Shown: in pieces, positions 42,531-56,114 of the stretch
How positions within the stretch are numbered: the first letter of the stretch is position 1
Layout: every line of letters begins with the position of its first letter
DNA from: the human T2T-CHM13v2.0 reference genome, Homo sapiens
Length of the DNA: 64,000 nucleotides
Reading direction: 5' to 3' (one strand)
Assembly (NCBI RefSeq): GCF_009914755.1
Contig: NC_060929.1
Notes under the pieces: generated by a model
What the model saw: the letters and a program-made list of their open reading frames with translations, nothing else
The model's database searches: none
What the model was told of the DNA's origin: nothing
Translations under genes and position numbers: made by a program

Positions 42531-43671
42531 AACAAATGAAACTCAGATTATGTTGGCAGTCGTAGAAGGGGCTTCAATCATAAACAGTTGTGAAAGTTTT
42601 GGTGGTAATTTGAATTTAATAAATCTTTACTGAACAAAGCTTGCAAGAGTACAGTTCAATGTGGAGTCTGGTCAAATGGCATTTAAAACGCTAAAGGAAG
42701 TGCTCCAAGAAGGGAGAGTCCAAGGACTTGGGGTAGAAAGAACAAGGCAAAGGCTTGAATCTGTAATGTCTTTGAGTTTTTTTCATTTCCCTTATCCATA
42801 AAATGAAGTATTGGCCAAAGCAGCATTTCAAACTATTTTTTGGGGGGTGGGGGTGGGGGCAAGGAACAGAACACTTTTGTATTCCCAAAATGAAATCTTA
42901 TGAAAATCTCACTATTTACAACTGATAAAAGCAGTATTTCTCTGATTAAAAGAGGTCAAAAGCCAGAGCTCTACCAGCTCTGCTCCTTGGGCAATACTGC
43001 AGCCTTCCTCGGGATGTCCCAGAGGAACCCGAGGCCATGGAGAACACTCCTCAAAAACTTCCAGCCTGGATCATTTCTAAAGCCTTTTCTACTCTAAAAT
43101 ACATAATTCTCATTTACAGATGTAACTCATGAGAGTCAGCCTCAGTAAGTGTAGAGTACAGTTAGAATTCAACTGAGGAGAAGCAAAGAGGAGCAGCATT
43201 TATTACACTATTTACATGTGCTACACATTGTTTAAGCCATTTTAATACCTTACTTTGTTTAATCCTCACAACCATCCAGTATTTTTAGCTCCATACAGGG
43301 AGGAAACAAGGAGATAAGGAGCTTTCCAGAGGTCACACAGTAAGTACTGAGCAAATTCTAACAGATTTGCCTAATTGGAAAGGTCACACTGGGTAGGCCT
43401 AGAGCACAGTGTCCTATTAGGGGAAAGGGGATACAACAGTAGTACTTCTGGGGGCTGATGGGGAGGGTAGTGGAGGACACCAGGAGAGGGTGGGTGGGAG
43501 GACTTCCAATACCAGCTCCTCATGCTTCCCAGCTTTGTCAGGGACTATGCCTTCTAACAGTCTATTTGGGGAGCTAAGACTATCACATGTGGAACAAATT
43601 AAGGAAAACATAGGCAGCATGTAATTAGCTGTTTAACCACATGGTATATTCTAGAATTTGAGGAGCTTTGA

Positions 43672-43702
<31 letters not shown>

Positions 43703-44550
43703 CAGAAATGATTATAAATTTGCACTACTCTTGTTCCATCCTCTCCAGATACCTGGTTGTGGTCAGTGTCTGTGGTCAAGGCAATGCGAGGCACATCCAG
43801 CATCCCTGAGCAAGATGTGCTCAAACACATGTACGCTACAATGTTCCCATAACATCTGCCTCCATAGCATCAGCAACTGACCTAAATGCCTGCCTTAATG
43901 GGCAGGGCTTTTTTGCATGCTAGATGTCCAGGATGCTTGCTGTCCCTACTTGTAATTTACCATTGCAGTTGTTATTTACATTATTTTCCAAGTAACCAAT
44001 TCATAGAACAGCCAGACAAGAGCTGAGTCATCTTGGAAGAGAGCCCAAAAATCTCCCCTGCACAGCAAGCTTTACAAAAAGATCATCCTTTGTGGAATGC
44101 AAACAAAATGGCCTCCACAATTTATTAATGTTCCCAAGAGCTGTGATTATGAATCCAGACATTTTAACAATGTTGAATCTAATTATGCCAGGTGAACAGA
44201 GTATCTATCACAAGTTACTCCAAACCATCCAGAGGTACAATGTAAGCCTCTTGTTTTTACAGGTTCTTCTGTCAAACCTAACTGAGAGCATTTTGTCTTT
44301 TGAGCTAGACTAAGGTTAAACAAGATTTACACTGAAGGCAGCCACAGCAATCAATGACTGATGCTTAGACTAAGCCAGGATGCATATGTTTCAGAGTCAT
44401 CACATTCTCCAATTTTAAGAAGAATAAAATATTGGCATATTCCCAATTCAACATATTTAATTCAACTGCTGTTTGTTTTCAAAGGAAATTTAAAACAATA
44501 GCAAAGAAGGAATTCACCAATACTAATTCTATAACACTAAAAAAAATTTC

Positions 44551-47302
44551 TTTTGTTTTTAATTATACTTTAATTTCTGGGGTATATGTGCAGAACGTGC
44601 AGGTTTGTTACATAGGTATACATGTGCCATGGTGGTTTGCTGTACCCATCAACACGTCACCCTACATTAGGTATTTCTCCCAATGCTATCCCTCTCCTAG
44701 TCCCCCCACCCCGACAGGCCCTGGTGTGTGATGTTCCCCTCACTGTGTCCATGTGTTGTCATTGTTCAACTCCCACTTATGAGTGAGAACATGCGGTGTT
44801 TGGTTTTCTGTTCTTGTGTTAGTTTGCTGAGAATGATGGTTTCTAGCTTCATCCATGTCCCTGCAAAGAACATGAACTCATCCTTTTTTATGGCTGCATG
44901 GTATTCCATGGTGTATATGTGCTACATTTTCTTTATCCAGTCTATCATTGATGGACATTTGGGTTGGCTCCAAGTCTTTGCTATTGTGAACAGTGCCGAA
45001 ATAAACATACGTTTGCATGTGTCTTTATAGTAGAATGATTTATAATCCTTTGGGTAAATACCCAGTAATGGGATTGCTGGGTCAAATGGTATTTCTCGTT
45101 CTAGGTCCTTGAGGAATAGCCACACTGTCTTCCACAATGGTTGAACTAATTTACACTCCCACCAACAGTGTAAAAGCATTCCTATTTCTCCACATCCTCT
45201 CCAGCATGTTGTTTCCTGACTTTTTAATGATCACCATTCTAACAGAATAGAAATCTCAATAGAGATTTGCATATCTCTATTGACCAGTGATGATGAGATT
45301 TTTTTCATATGTTTGTTGGCTGCATAAATGTCTTCTTTTGAGAAGTGTCTGTTCATATCCTTTGCCCACTTTTTGATGGGGTTGTTCGTTTTTTTCTTGT
45401 AAATTTGTTTCAGTTCTTTGTAGATTCTGGATATTAGCCCTTGTCAGATGGATAGATTGCAAAAATTTTCTCCTATTCTGTAGGTTGCCTGTTCACTCTG
45501 ATGATAATTTCTTTTGCTGTGCAGAAGCTCTTTAGTTTAATTAGATCCCATTTGTCAATTTTGGCTTTCGGTGCCATTGCTTTTGGTGACTTAGGCATGA
45601 AGTTTTTGCCCGTGCCTATGTCCTGAATGGTATTGCCTAGGTTTTCTTCTAGGATTTTTATGGTTTTGGGTCTTATGTTTAAGTCTTCAATCCATCTTAA
45701 GTTAATTTTTGTATAAGGTGTAAGGAAGGGGTCCAGTTTCAGTTTTCTGCATATGGCTAGCTAGTTTTCCCGATACCATTTATTAAGTAGGGAATCCTTT
45801 CCCTATTGCTTGTTTTTTTCAGGTTTGTCAAAGATCAGAGGGTTGTAGATGTGTGGTGTTATTTCTGAGGCCTCTGCTCTGTTCCATTGGTCTATATCTC
45901 TGTTTGGTACCAGTACCATGCTGTTTTGGTTACTGTATAGCCTTGTAGTATAGTTTGAAGTCAGGTAGCATAATGCCTCCAGCTTTGTTCTTTTTGCTTA
46001 GGACTGTCTTGGCTCTGCGGGCTCTTTTTTGGTTCCATATGAAGTTTAAAGTAGTTTTTTCCAACTCTGTGAAGAAAGTCAATAGTAGCTTGATGGGGGA
46101 TAGTAATGAATCTATAAACTACTTTGGGCAGTATGGCCATTTTCACGATATTGATTCTTCCTATCCATGAGCATGGAATGTTTTTCCATTTATTTGTGTC
46201 CTCTCTTATTTGTTTGAGCAGCAGTTTGTAGTTCTCCTTGAAGAGGTCCTTCACATCCCTTGTAAGTTGTATTCCATTCCTAGGTATTTTATTCTCTTTG
46301 CAGCAATTGTGAATGGGAGTTCACTCATGATTTGGCTGTTTGTCTGTCATTGGTGTATAGGAATGCTTGTGATTTTTGCACATTGATTTTGTGTCCTGCG
46401 ACTTTGCTGAAGTTTCCTATCAGCTTAAGAAGATTTGGGGCTGAGACTATGGGGTTTTCTAAATATACAGTCATGTCATCTGCAAACAGAGACAATTTGA
46501 CTTCTTCTTTTCCTATTTGAATATCCTTTATTTCTTTCTCTTGCCTGATTGCCCTAGCCAGAACTTCCAACACTATGTTAAATAGGAGTGATGAGAGAGG
46601 GCATCCTTCTCCTGTGCTGGTTTTCAAAGGGAATGCTTCCAGTTTTCCCCCATTCAGTATAATATTGGCTGTGGGTTTGTCATAAATAGCTCTTACTATT
46701 TTGAGCTTTCCAGAGTTCCAGCAATATCTAGCTTATTGAGAGTTTTTAGCATGAAGGACTGTTGAATTTTGTCGAAGGCCTTTTCTGCATCTATTGAGAT
46801 AATGATGTGGTTTTTGTTATTGATTCTGTTTATGTGACAGATTACATTTATTGATTTGAGTATGTTGAACCAGCCTTGCATCCCAGGTATGAAGCTGACT
46901 TGTTTGTGGTGGATAAGCTTTTTGATGTGCTGCTGGATTTGGTTTGCCAGTATTTCATTTAGGATTTTTGCATTGATGTTCATCAGGGATATTGGCCTGA
47001 AATTTTCTTTTTTTATTTTGTCTTTGCCAGGTTTTGGTATCAGGATGATGCTGGCCTCATAAAATGAGTTAGGGAGGATTCCCTCTTTTTCTACTGCTTG
47101 GAATAGTTTCAGAAGGAATGGTACCAGCTGCTTTTTATACCTCTGGTAGAATTCAGCTGTGAATCCGTCTGGTCCTGGGCTTTTTTTGTTGGTAGGTTGT
47201 TAATTACTGCCTCAATTTCAGAACTTATTATTGGTCTATTCAGGGATTTGACTTCTATGCAAATAAACTAGAAAATCTAGAAGAAATGGATAAATTCCTG
47301 AC
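44551..47302 (-). mobile_element. 5'-truncated, 5'-inverted L1PA (about PA7-like), 2.75 kb
   Basis: Antisense 3'UTR from 44551; RT remnants in ORFs 46325..46627 ([15 protein letters not shown]) and 46696..46983; sense piece at 47254-47302; TSD aaaatttc at 44543-44550 and 47303-47310. Confidence 0.96.
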
Positions 47303-48411
47303 AAAATTTCAATCTTACTATTACTTAATACAAGTAACACCAGCAGCTTCAGAGAGAAAAAACAGATGTAGAAGTTGAAATTTTTTTTATTCAAAACAGC
47401 AGATGGGAAATGTTTTATTCATACATGCATTCCCCATGACCAGTATGACCTTGCATGCAGTTGGTGCTCAATAAATGTTGATTATATAAGAAAGAAAATC
47501 TAGTTATGGGACTTTGTGTGATCAGTATAATATCCATTTTTGTTTGAAGACAAACTTTAATTTTTTTTCCTGTTCTCCTTCAGTGAATGGTATTTGATTT
47601 TTCTTTTGACGTTAAAAAGTTAGTAGGCTCTTATCCATTGTAGTAGAAGGTCCACCATACATTACATTTCTATTTCTCTTTCCTCTCTAATGAAAAAAGT
47701 TTTGAAGAACCAAACATCCTAGCTTCCCTTGTTTATGAGTGGAGTTCTGGTACAATTATTCTTAGTGTCCTTTCAAAAATATCACAATTTAGGAAACAAA
47801 CAAACTATAATCTAAGCCATCTAGAAAAGTGCCACAAAATCACCAATCACCTTTATCTCACTGAAGATTATACCCTGGGGACAGTAATCCTTCCCAAACA
47901 AAAGAAGAGTAGCTGTCAGTACCCTGGAATCACTTCTGAATCCTTTTCAGAAGATAAAACACTTTTGAGTTACTGAAAGTATTCATCCTCAGAAGAGAGT
48001 TGAACAAGTCTTCTCAATATGAATGAAATCAAACTGAGTGGATCCTGAAGGAGAGAAGGGAGATGTTGTTTTGGGTCTATGAGTGGACAAATATCAGGCC
48101 AGACCAACCCAGCAAACCTGAGACCTATTAATGTGCTGTATAGGAAAGAGCCAAGCAAGTTTAGTGTTGGTGGGGTGGTATTGGACTCCCTCTAAGGACC
48201 CCTTCTAAACCACAGAACCATCACAGCTATGATACACACCACTTGTCTTGAGAGCAGTCATCAATAGTGACATCCCGTGACAGCCAGAGGCAATGGGAAT
48301 TGATCAGACTCAATTTCTCTCTTTGCTTGTATATGAAACTCAGGCTCCTAACTCTCCCTTTGTCCCGTCTTTGGACTACGTAAATTCCTAGTGTTCTTAG
48401 AGACCTGAAAG

Positions 48412-48422
48412 ACACACACACA

Positions 48423-48455
<33 letters not shown>
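48412..48455. repeat. (CA)n microsatellite
   Basis: Direct read, one interruption. Confidence 0.95.
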
Positions 48456-48459
<4 letters not shown>

Positions 48460-51009
48460 CAGGTGAGACTAAAAAGATTATTTGAAATGAATAAAATAAT
48501 GGTGGCATTAATTTCATACCAAGTTTGTGGAGGAATTCACACAAGACAAACAAAAAGAATAAAATTTAATGGGCAACAAGCAATTTTATTTAAGATTTTG
48601 GGAAGAATGTCTTGACTATACACAGAAAGTCCACACCTGGAGTTGTTTAAGACCCCAAGTGGCTTGCAGTCAAATGCACACATGATCTACTTGGGCCCCA
48701 GAGTCAGGCAATGACTAGGGTCTTCCACTTCTAAGCAACTCACTATAAGTTAGCTCTGGAGCTTGATTAAAAAAAGACTAGAGGGCAAACTTTTCTTTGT
48801 CTATAGAAAAATCTAGGCTCATGAAAAATGTAATCGATGTTTAGATACTTTGGGACACTGACATGGTTATAGAGCTTATCATTGTTTTGAAAACTGTCTG
48901 AAATAGTTCTCTATACACATAGAGGTATTATCAGAATGGCTGCCAGAAAAACTAAGACGGTGGATACTGAAAGCCAAACTAACAGTGCCAATGGGAATAA
49001 GGACCTCCTGTTTTCATCACTTGTCATCCAACGAGCTCTCTTTAGAGACGTCATAAGATTCAAGGAAGAAGAACGTAAAGAATACATAAAAACCAAGAGC
49101 ACTCAGGAATTTATGGAAATTATGGAAATGATGCATGTAAAGAAGATTGATAAGAACAAAGAAAGAAAGGCAAGGTAAAATTATATAAGGAAGACAAAGA
49201 CGATAAAAAGAACACAAAAGTTACCCCAAACATGGTGCATGCTTTGATAAGACTACTGAGATTACACTAAGATTTTAGGGGGAAATTCCTCAAAACAAAA
49301 GGATGGCCAAGAGATGTGAATGTGTTTACATTAGAAGAAAATAATTAGAAGACCCTAAGTGTAGAGTTAACTTTCCTTTTACCTTTTAGGTACAAGGCCA
49401 GCATGTGTACAGCTCAGTGTTTACATTTACACTTATGTAATGTGTGAGGTGGCACACTGAGTGACCCATGCAAACAGTCACAGATTAATTTTGTTGATGA
49501 GTAATTCAACAGCTCCACAAGATGGCACATAGGAATTTTTCACTGCTTATAGACTGGGCCAGCCCCTCCATTCCATGAAATGTAAAATCATTTATTTGTG
49601 AGGAGTTTGGGACCTCAAAGGGAAAACTGCAGATGGAATCTCCAAGTTCGAAAGGGCTCGTTGCTGCCAATTATAAAGTACTTCTATTATTGGCTATTTG
49701 GTGGTGGGGTGTCATTTTTTAAAACTGGATTTACTGATAACTATGGAGCATAACGTTTCTGTTCTAATTTCTCTGGGATTTGATCAATGGTTTCCCAGTT
49801 TTGAAACAGAAGTAGGTTCTTTGCAAAACTGTATTTGGGTCAAGTTCTGATTTTGGAAATAAAAAACTCCCAGTGAGAATGTTATTATTGATCTAATTAA
49901 TCATAATTTAAGAATTGCTTTCAGTAATACTTAATATAGAATGAATCATTTAATTAATAGCCAAGCAAAAGAGCTTGTAGAATTTCACTCTACTCATTAC
50001 TCCTCCACCCCAATCCTGTGAATTGATTTGGTTGTTAAATACAGTTGCGAAACATATTTGCAAGAACTAAACAAATTCAAACACATAAAGGACATGTTTA
50101 GCATCCGGTCAGGTATGAAAAGGTAACTCTTGTATTACAGAACAGAAGACAAAAAGAATAATTGTGAATTAATCCAAGTAAACAGGACATGCTGTCATAT
50201 CAATTTAAAATCAAACACAAGGATCTGGCAATCTGAATCAGGAAAGAAAACAAGGAAAAGCTTCCCTCAGCCAGTACTCAAGAAGAATGCCAGCCCTGGT
50301 GGACACGTGTCAAGAGAATTTAGTGGGGCCTCATTGTTGCACACATCTTCACTTCTCTTTCCCCCTTGTTAAGGCTTTACTCTGTGACATTAGCAAAGAT
50401 ATTTTCATTCATTCAACAAATGTGTATTGATGTATACACTGAGCCAGATTCCTAGCACACTGTACTCAACGCCTTTGTTGCCTGTAAACTAAAAATATCC
50501 TTGCTTGCCTCAATTTAGCAAAATATATAGAAAGAATATTTGACAATGAGACAAAAAGATTCAGTTCTAGTTCATGTTCTATTACTTATTAAATATGTTA
50601 CCAAAGGCAAGTATGGCCAAATACAAGCTCTTATAATTATAATTATAAGCAATGATAAATATTGGGCAAGTTGCTGTATGAAGGCTCTCTTGGTCTCTTA
50701 AATCCCAGACTGGCAGATGTCAAAAACAGTTTCGTCAGGGAAAAGGATGATTGGTAATTCCATTTCCCCCTTTGCTTTACTCCCCACAGAATTTCAGTGA
50801 ACATTCAAAATAGGAAAGAAATCTCAGAATCCAGGATGTGTGCTATAATACACAGAGATTATTTAGAATATTCACAGGAGCATGTGTTCTATCTTCCCTA
50901 TTTGCAAGCAAATTAATTTGAGACCTAGATTCCAGAGACGTGTATCACGTGAGCCTACAAAGAGCCATGAATTGCCACCTCACTCAGAAGAAGCTAATCA
51001 GAGTATACG

Positions 51010-51447
51010 TTCTGTCTTCCTTTTACCATTTTCCTCCTTCCACTCAAAACAGACCCCAGTCCCACCCAGAGCCTCAGGGATTCACATATGACTCAGATTG
51101 GGCCAATTATAATACCTTACCCCCTCTCCTTGGCAATGATGGGCACACAGTCCAAGCCAGGCCTGTTGTGTTACATAATCAGAAATCCGTAAGATGGTGA
51201 GTCTGGAGCTGCTAGTGGCCAAGTCCCTAGCACGTGGGAAGAGCTGGTCTGGAAGAATTAGGGCAACACTCTGCTTCTCTAGCAGATGACAGAAACAGAA
51301 TACTGATGGAATGTGAACTCCTAGTTTTAGTCTTCTGAAGACCTCTCAAGGGTCGTTGCTCACATCTTCTTTCAGTTCTAATAAATCTCCTTTTTTGGGT
51401 AAGCTAATTTGGATTGGTTTCTGTCACCAGTGTAATGACTGATGCAT
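51010..51447 (+). mobile_element. Old MLT1 (J/K/L-like) LTR
   Basis: ctggagctgctagtggcca...aataaatctcctttt...aagctaatttggattggtttctgtcac. Confidence 0.55.
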
Positions 51448-51939
51448 AGAAAAGGTCAGAAATACTCACTTCTTTTTTGTTTTTGCATTAATGCTTTCTA
51501 TAAGAATGCCTGGAACTGGGAAAGCGGCCAGAATGGAGAGTCAAGGCCACAATATCTGGCTCTTGTGGCGAGAAGAAGAATGCAGATTTATTGAGAGGAC
51601 AGTGGTAGCATGAGAAGAATGAGCTTGGGGTCCTCTGGCCAAGGTCTGAAAGGCCCCCCAAAGCTATGCCATACTGACTTTCAAGCAACAATTAAAGTAT
51701 TGGAGGCATAATAGGATACTCATCCTGGCACTGCAACCAAGTTTTTTACTTTGAGCCATTCATATAACCTTTCCAGGGCTGGTTTTCATCTATAAAATAA
51801 GAGTCTCAGACTGCAAAGTGCTGTACTTCTTGAAGCACTTGTGAAAACTGACTTTAAACTTAACAAAAAATAACTGTGAGAAAGAGTGGATAGGGAGAAA
51901 TTTAGATGAATAGTTGATTGAGACTATATTTATTTTTAA

Positions 51940-52200
51940 TAATAACACCAATAATAACTAAAATATAGCATAACTTTATGGAAGGCACTGTTTTATATGT
52001 AGAACATTTGTTAACTCATTTAATCATCACTTCAAACCAAGAGATAGATACTTTTATTATTCCCCTTTTAAAGTTGAAGAAGCCAAGGCACAGATGAGTC
52101 TAATAACTTTCCCAACACTACCCAATTAGCATGTCAGACATAGGAACCTAACGCATGCAATCATTGTCCAAAATCCATGCTCTTAATAACTATGCTACAC
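51940..52200 (-). mobile_element. MIR
   Basis: aactcatttaatcatcac...ttattattcccctttta...aaggcacaga...catgctcttaataactatgc. Confidence 0.7.
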
Positions 52201-54257
52201 ATCTGCTGTTAAGTGTACCTGCTTCTCTGCCTGGCACATGTCAGCAGATGAATATAAAGTGTCCTCTGTGAAGGCATTGATAACAACCAAGTGATGCAAT
52301 TTTCAAAGTCATGGTGCGAGTGGTGAAGATACCTGGCCATGGGACAAGACAGCTCCTGTTGGGATATTTTGCAGCCATACTCCCAAGCACTCACCCCTTT
52401 TTGTCCCACTCTGGCTAGAATTCTCGGAGCATTATGTGCAAGGGTTAAGTACATTTTGTTAAAGGTAGGACAATCCTTGTGTAATTCCCTGGGCAACTGG
52501 ATTATACTAAGTAGACTGGTTTATGACAAGTACTTCTACCTCATGCCAATGAGAAACTTGTCAGAAATAAACTGTTGGAAACAAAGAAAAATAGAGAAGT
52601 AGAAGAATATGTTCACCAAAAACACTTACTTGTTTCCTTGTCATGTGTTAAATGAAGGCATTACTTACTCTCTCTCATCAGGGACCTAAGTAAAAACTGT
52701 CCTTTCAATCATGACTTTCTTAGCCCCCAGAAAGTTGGCAGAAATGGCTTCTGTAATTAGCAACTGTGATTGGAAAATGTCCATATGATTAGGTTTATTG
52801 AAGACTATGTATTAAGCAAATTAGAATTTAGATTAGAGCAAAATTTTGATAAATAACTTCACTATCCCTTTAAGTAAGAATCAGATTTTCCTACATTAAC
52901 TCTATTGTAAAAAATTATGTTGCTAGAGTCAAACTTGGTTTAATAAAGCCACTCCCTCATTGGAATGCTGAGATCAAGTTTATTAATCCACACCAGCAGA
53001 GCTTATCTAAGCAATGGAAAAGACCATTGTAATTGTTATCTACCATGCGGTTTTATAAACCAGCTGAAGTTTAGCAATCTGCACTTTCATTGTCCAGTGG
53101 CTTCAAGGATCTAAGGAACAAAATGGCTTAAAGGTTAGTTTAGCCTACATCATGAGAATTGCCAGGGTTTGGAAAATTTGTATTAAAGGACTACGAATAG
53201 CTCTCATGCAATCAGAACAATAGCTGTGGAAAAAAACTATTGGGTCATTGCATCTACCGATCCCCCTGTTGGTTCTAGAGAAGCAATTAGAGCTTCGGTT
53301 GCTCCGGTATTGCTTCTCTGTGTGCAGAGAGAAAGCTTTAACTCCTTGTGGTGTAGCCAGGCTGGCTCTGGTGAAAGATAATGGAGTGCTGCTCATCCAG
53401 CCTCATCCACACAGGAGAAGCTGTCCAAGCTGAATCCTGGACTGAGTCCATTGGTGTGCTCAAATATGGATCTTGTAGTTCTTAGTCCAGAACTGTTTAT
53501 TTTGCAGATCTTTCCCCCTGTGGAATGCAGCAGCTCCAAAAGCAACACCTCACCAAGCCCTGAGAAGACAAAAACACTCCACACAGGGGATGGTCTGTTG
53601 TGTTCGGCCCACAGAAGAGTCCTGCCTGCTTGAAGCAGACATTCTCTAGTGGCACCAGGACACAGGTGCATGTCCTCACTTGCCATATGACTTTTGAATG
53701 ATTTGCATAAGCTATAAAACTGGAGTGGAGGTAATGCTCTCTAAACAGAAATATAGCTTTTTTAAAATAAAGACTGTACTAGAGGTTTGAGGGAGCCTCT
53801 ACAGTGAAGATAATCCTAATGTCAAACAGAGGTTGGGTAAGCCAGAAAATGAGGGTTTGGAGTGACCAAAAGGATTTACCCTCAGTCCTGTCTAGAAAAT
53901 TAGCTAATAAAAGCTGAATTGAAAAGATGACTCCTTTCTGCTTCTCCTGACAGTATGGGCAGATGAAACTGATTCAGAGATAATAGACTGGAAATAAATT
54001 TCTGACTTTAGGTCCCAAATTGGATGGGTTTCAGAGCAGTCTGCATTCCAGTTCAAATATTATAGCAGAAACCTACAAGAGAGATTTGGGGGTTTTATTT
54101 TGAACTTGTTGACAGCTTACTTTTTAATTTTTTTAATAATTATTCAAAAATTTCTATAGCCCACCATAGACTATAAACTCCTTGAGGGTTAGGATTGGCT
54201 CACTTTTTCCTCTATTGGGGGATATACTGTTTTGGAATAGTCCCCATAGCTACTACT

Positions 54258-54775
54258 GTAGCTGGCCTCTAAGATGGTCCCCAAACATCACTGCCTCCTG
54301 TTACTCACACACTTGAATAGTCTTTTCCTACAATGTTCCAAAATTGGTTTGTGCAAGCAACAGAATACAGAATACAGAAGTGATGAGATGTCACTTCTAG
54401 GATTAGATTATAAAAGACTGTGGCTTCTGTTCATGTTTTCTCTCTCTCTCTCTCTCTGTTTCATCACTGACTCTGGGAGACAGCAATGTGCCATGTTTGA
54501 GCAGCCTTATGTAGAGGTTCTCATGGCAAGAACCTGCCAGCCTACCAACAGCCAATGAGAAACTGAGGCCCACCATCAACTGTGGGAGTGAGCTTAGTAG
54601 ACTCTCTAACCCCAGTCAAGCCTTGACATGGCTGCAGCCCTAGCCAACAGTTGGACAGCATCCTCATCAGAGGCCCTGCGCTGGAACCACCCAGTTAAGC
54701 TGCTCCTGGGTTCCAAATAAATTGATATGTTTTAGGGTAACTTTGTTATTCGGCAACAGACATAAATAGCTGATG
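54258..54775 (+). mobile_element. MLT1F-like solo LTR
   Basis: gcctctaagatggtcccca...gaagtgatgagatgtcacttc...ccccagtcaagcctt...accacccagttaagctgctcc. Confidence 0.8.
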
Positions 54776-56076
54776 AATAGTCCATTAGGTTATCAATTTT
54801 TCTCAGTGGCCCTTGATCTAAATACTCCTCTCTAGTTAACCCCAGACCAGAACTGTCTTCCTTGCTTCCTGGGGAAGATAATATGGCCTTTTCTAGTTTG
54901 ATGACTTCTAATTTCAGTTGAAGCTGAGTCATGCTCACATAATTTGCTTTTGGTTGGTTCCCCTGCTGCCTGAGCCACCTGAGATGCCCCCACTGCATGT
55001 CCATTTCTTCATGCATTCAACAAATACTTAGTGAGTGTCTTTGTTCTAGGAGCTATGGCTGCAGCAGTGAACAAAACTCAAGGCCCTTGCATCTAGCATA
55101 CTCTCCTGATAAGCTGTATTTCCTGAAGTATGGTGCCGTCCTTTGGACCTCTTCTACCAGCTATCTGGGCTCCGAATCCCTATCTAAGTGCATGCTTATG
55201 GAGACCCAGCAATAGTTAGCCTTTTCAAAGTAAGCCTGAAAGACATTCTTATCATTTACAACAACTCTTAATAATTACTGATAGTCATTTAGCCCATAAG
55301 AAAGGCAATTGCATAACTCCATGGTCCTGGTTATAAAAACATGCATACATTTAGTAGAGGTAGGAATTTGCCACACATGTCTTGCTTCCCTCTAATGTCA
55401 ACCTTCCATGGCATTTAACAATGTTCTTCACACCATATATTTTTAATAAATCACATTTTATCAGTTGATAAACATTCTAATGTCACATTTCCCGCCCAAC
55501 ATTGAACTAAACCATGCAGATCAGTAATATACAACCAATTCACTTAAATCTGAACTATAAATATTGTCTAAAATGCATATATAATCATGTTTCAATGTCT
55601 CAGATATTTTTTTCACCCACTTCAGTCATCTTTATTCTAGCACAAACTCTAAGCTGGTGGAAAATCCATGTTTCCTAGGTCACCACAGCCAGAGAATAAA
55701 TATATAGTCAAAACAATGATCACAAAACAATATTTCCTGACTCAGCTTCTGTTTCTGCTAAGAAGTATGAGGCTTCTCAAGAACTTCTTCCTCTGTGTTC
55801 CACAAACTAATGTTCTTGGTGACCCCCTGCTTCTCTTCTCCTGTCCTTTTTATAGGGTAATATTTCCTCCTACTGAGGACATCAAAGGCAGCAGCCACCA
55901 CCCGTGTCTAGCTGAGAGTGCAATACTTGCAGCCAAGGCCATCATCTACTGAAGCTTCTAGTCCACTTTCTGGCAAAGTTACTGAACCTGTTACATGTAT
56001 ATACCAGGGATTAGTCTGAGTATTAAGGATTAATTTGAGGGGGAAGACACAGTGTCACCCCTTTTCTATAGTATTG

Positions 56077-56078
<2 letters not shown>

Positions 56079-56109
<31 letters not shown>
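56079..56109. repeat. (TA)n microsatellite
   Basis: Direct read. Confidence 0.95.

Positions 56110-56114
<5 letters not shown>

Noticed and set aside
42841-43501. G-rich patches at 42842-42859 and 43450-43501 as G-quadruplexes
   Set aside because: Only three close G-runs, or one long loop; weak candidates with no supporting context
44922-46983. Several minus-strand ORFs with RT-like motifs (FADDM)
   Set aside because: Frameshifted pieces of a truncated L1PA with no promoter or ORF1
48936-49178. 80-aa Lys/Glu-rich ORF ending at AAG|gtaaaa
   Set aside because: Explained by A-rich composition; no recognisable domain and no good upstream acceptor
50630-50649. Perfect 20-bp palindrome cttataattataattataag
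   Set aside because: Trivially arises from three self-complementary TTATAA units
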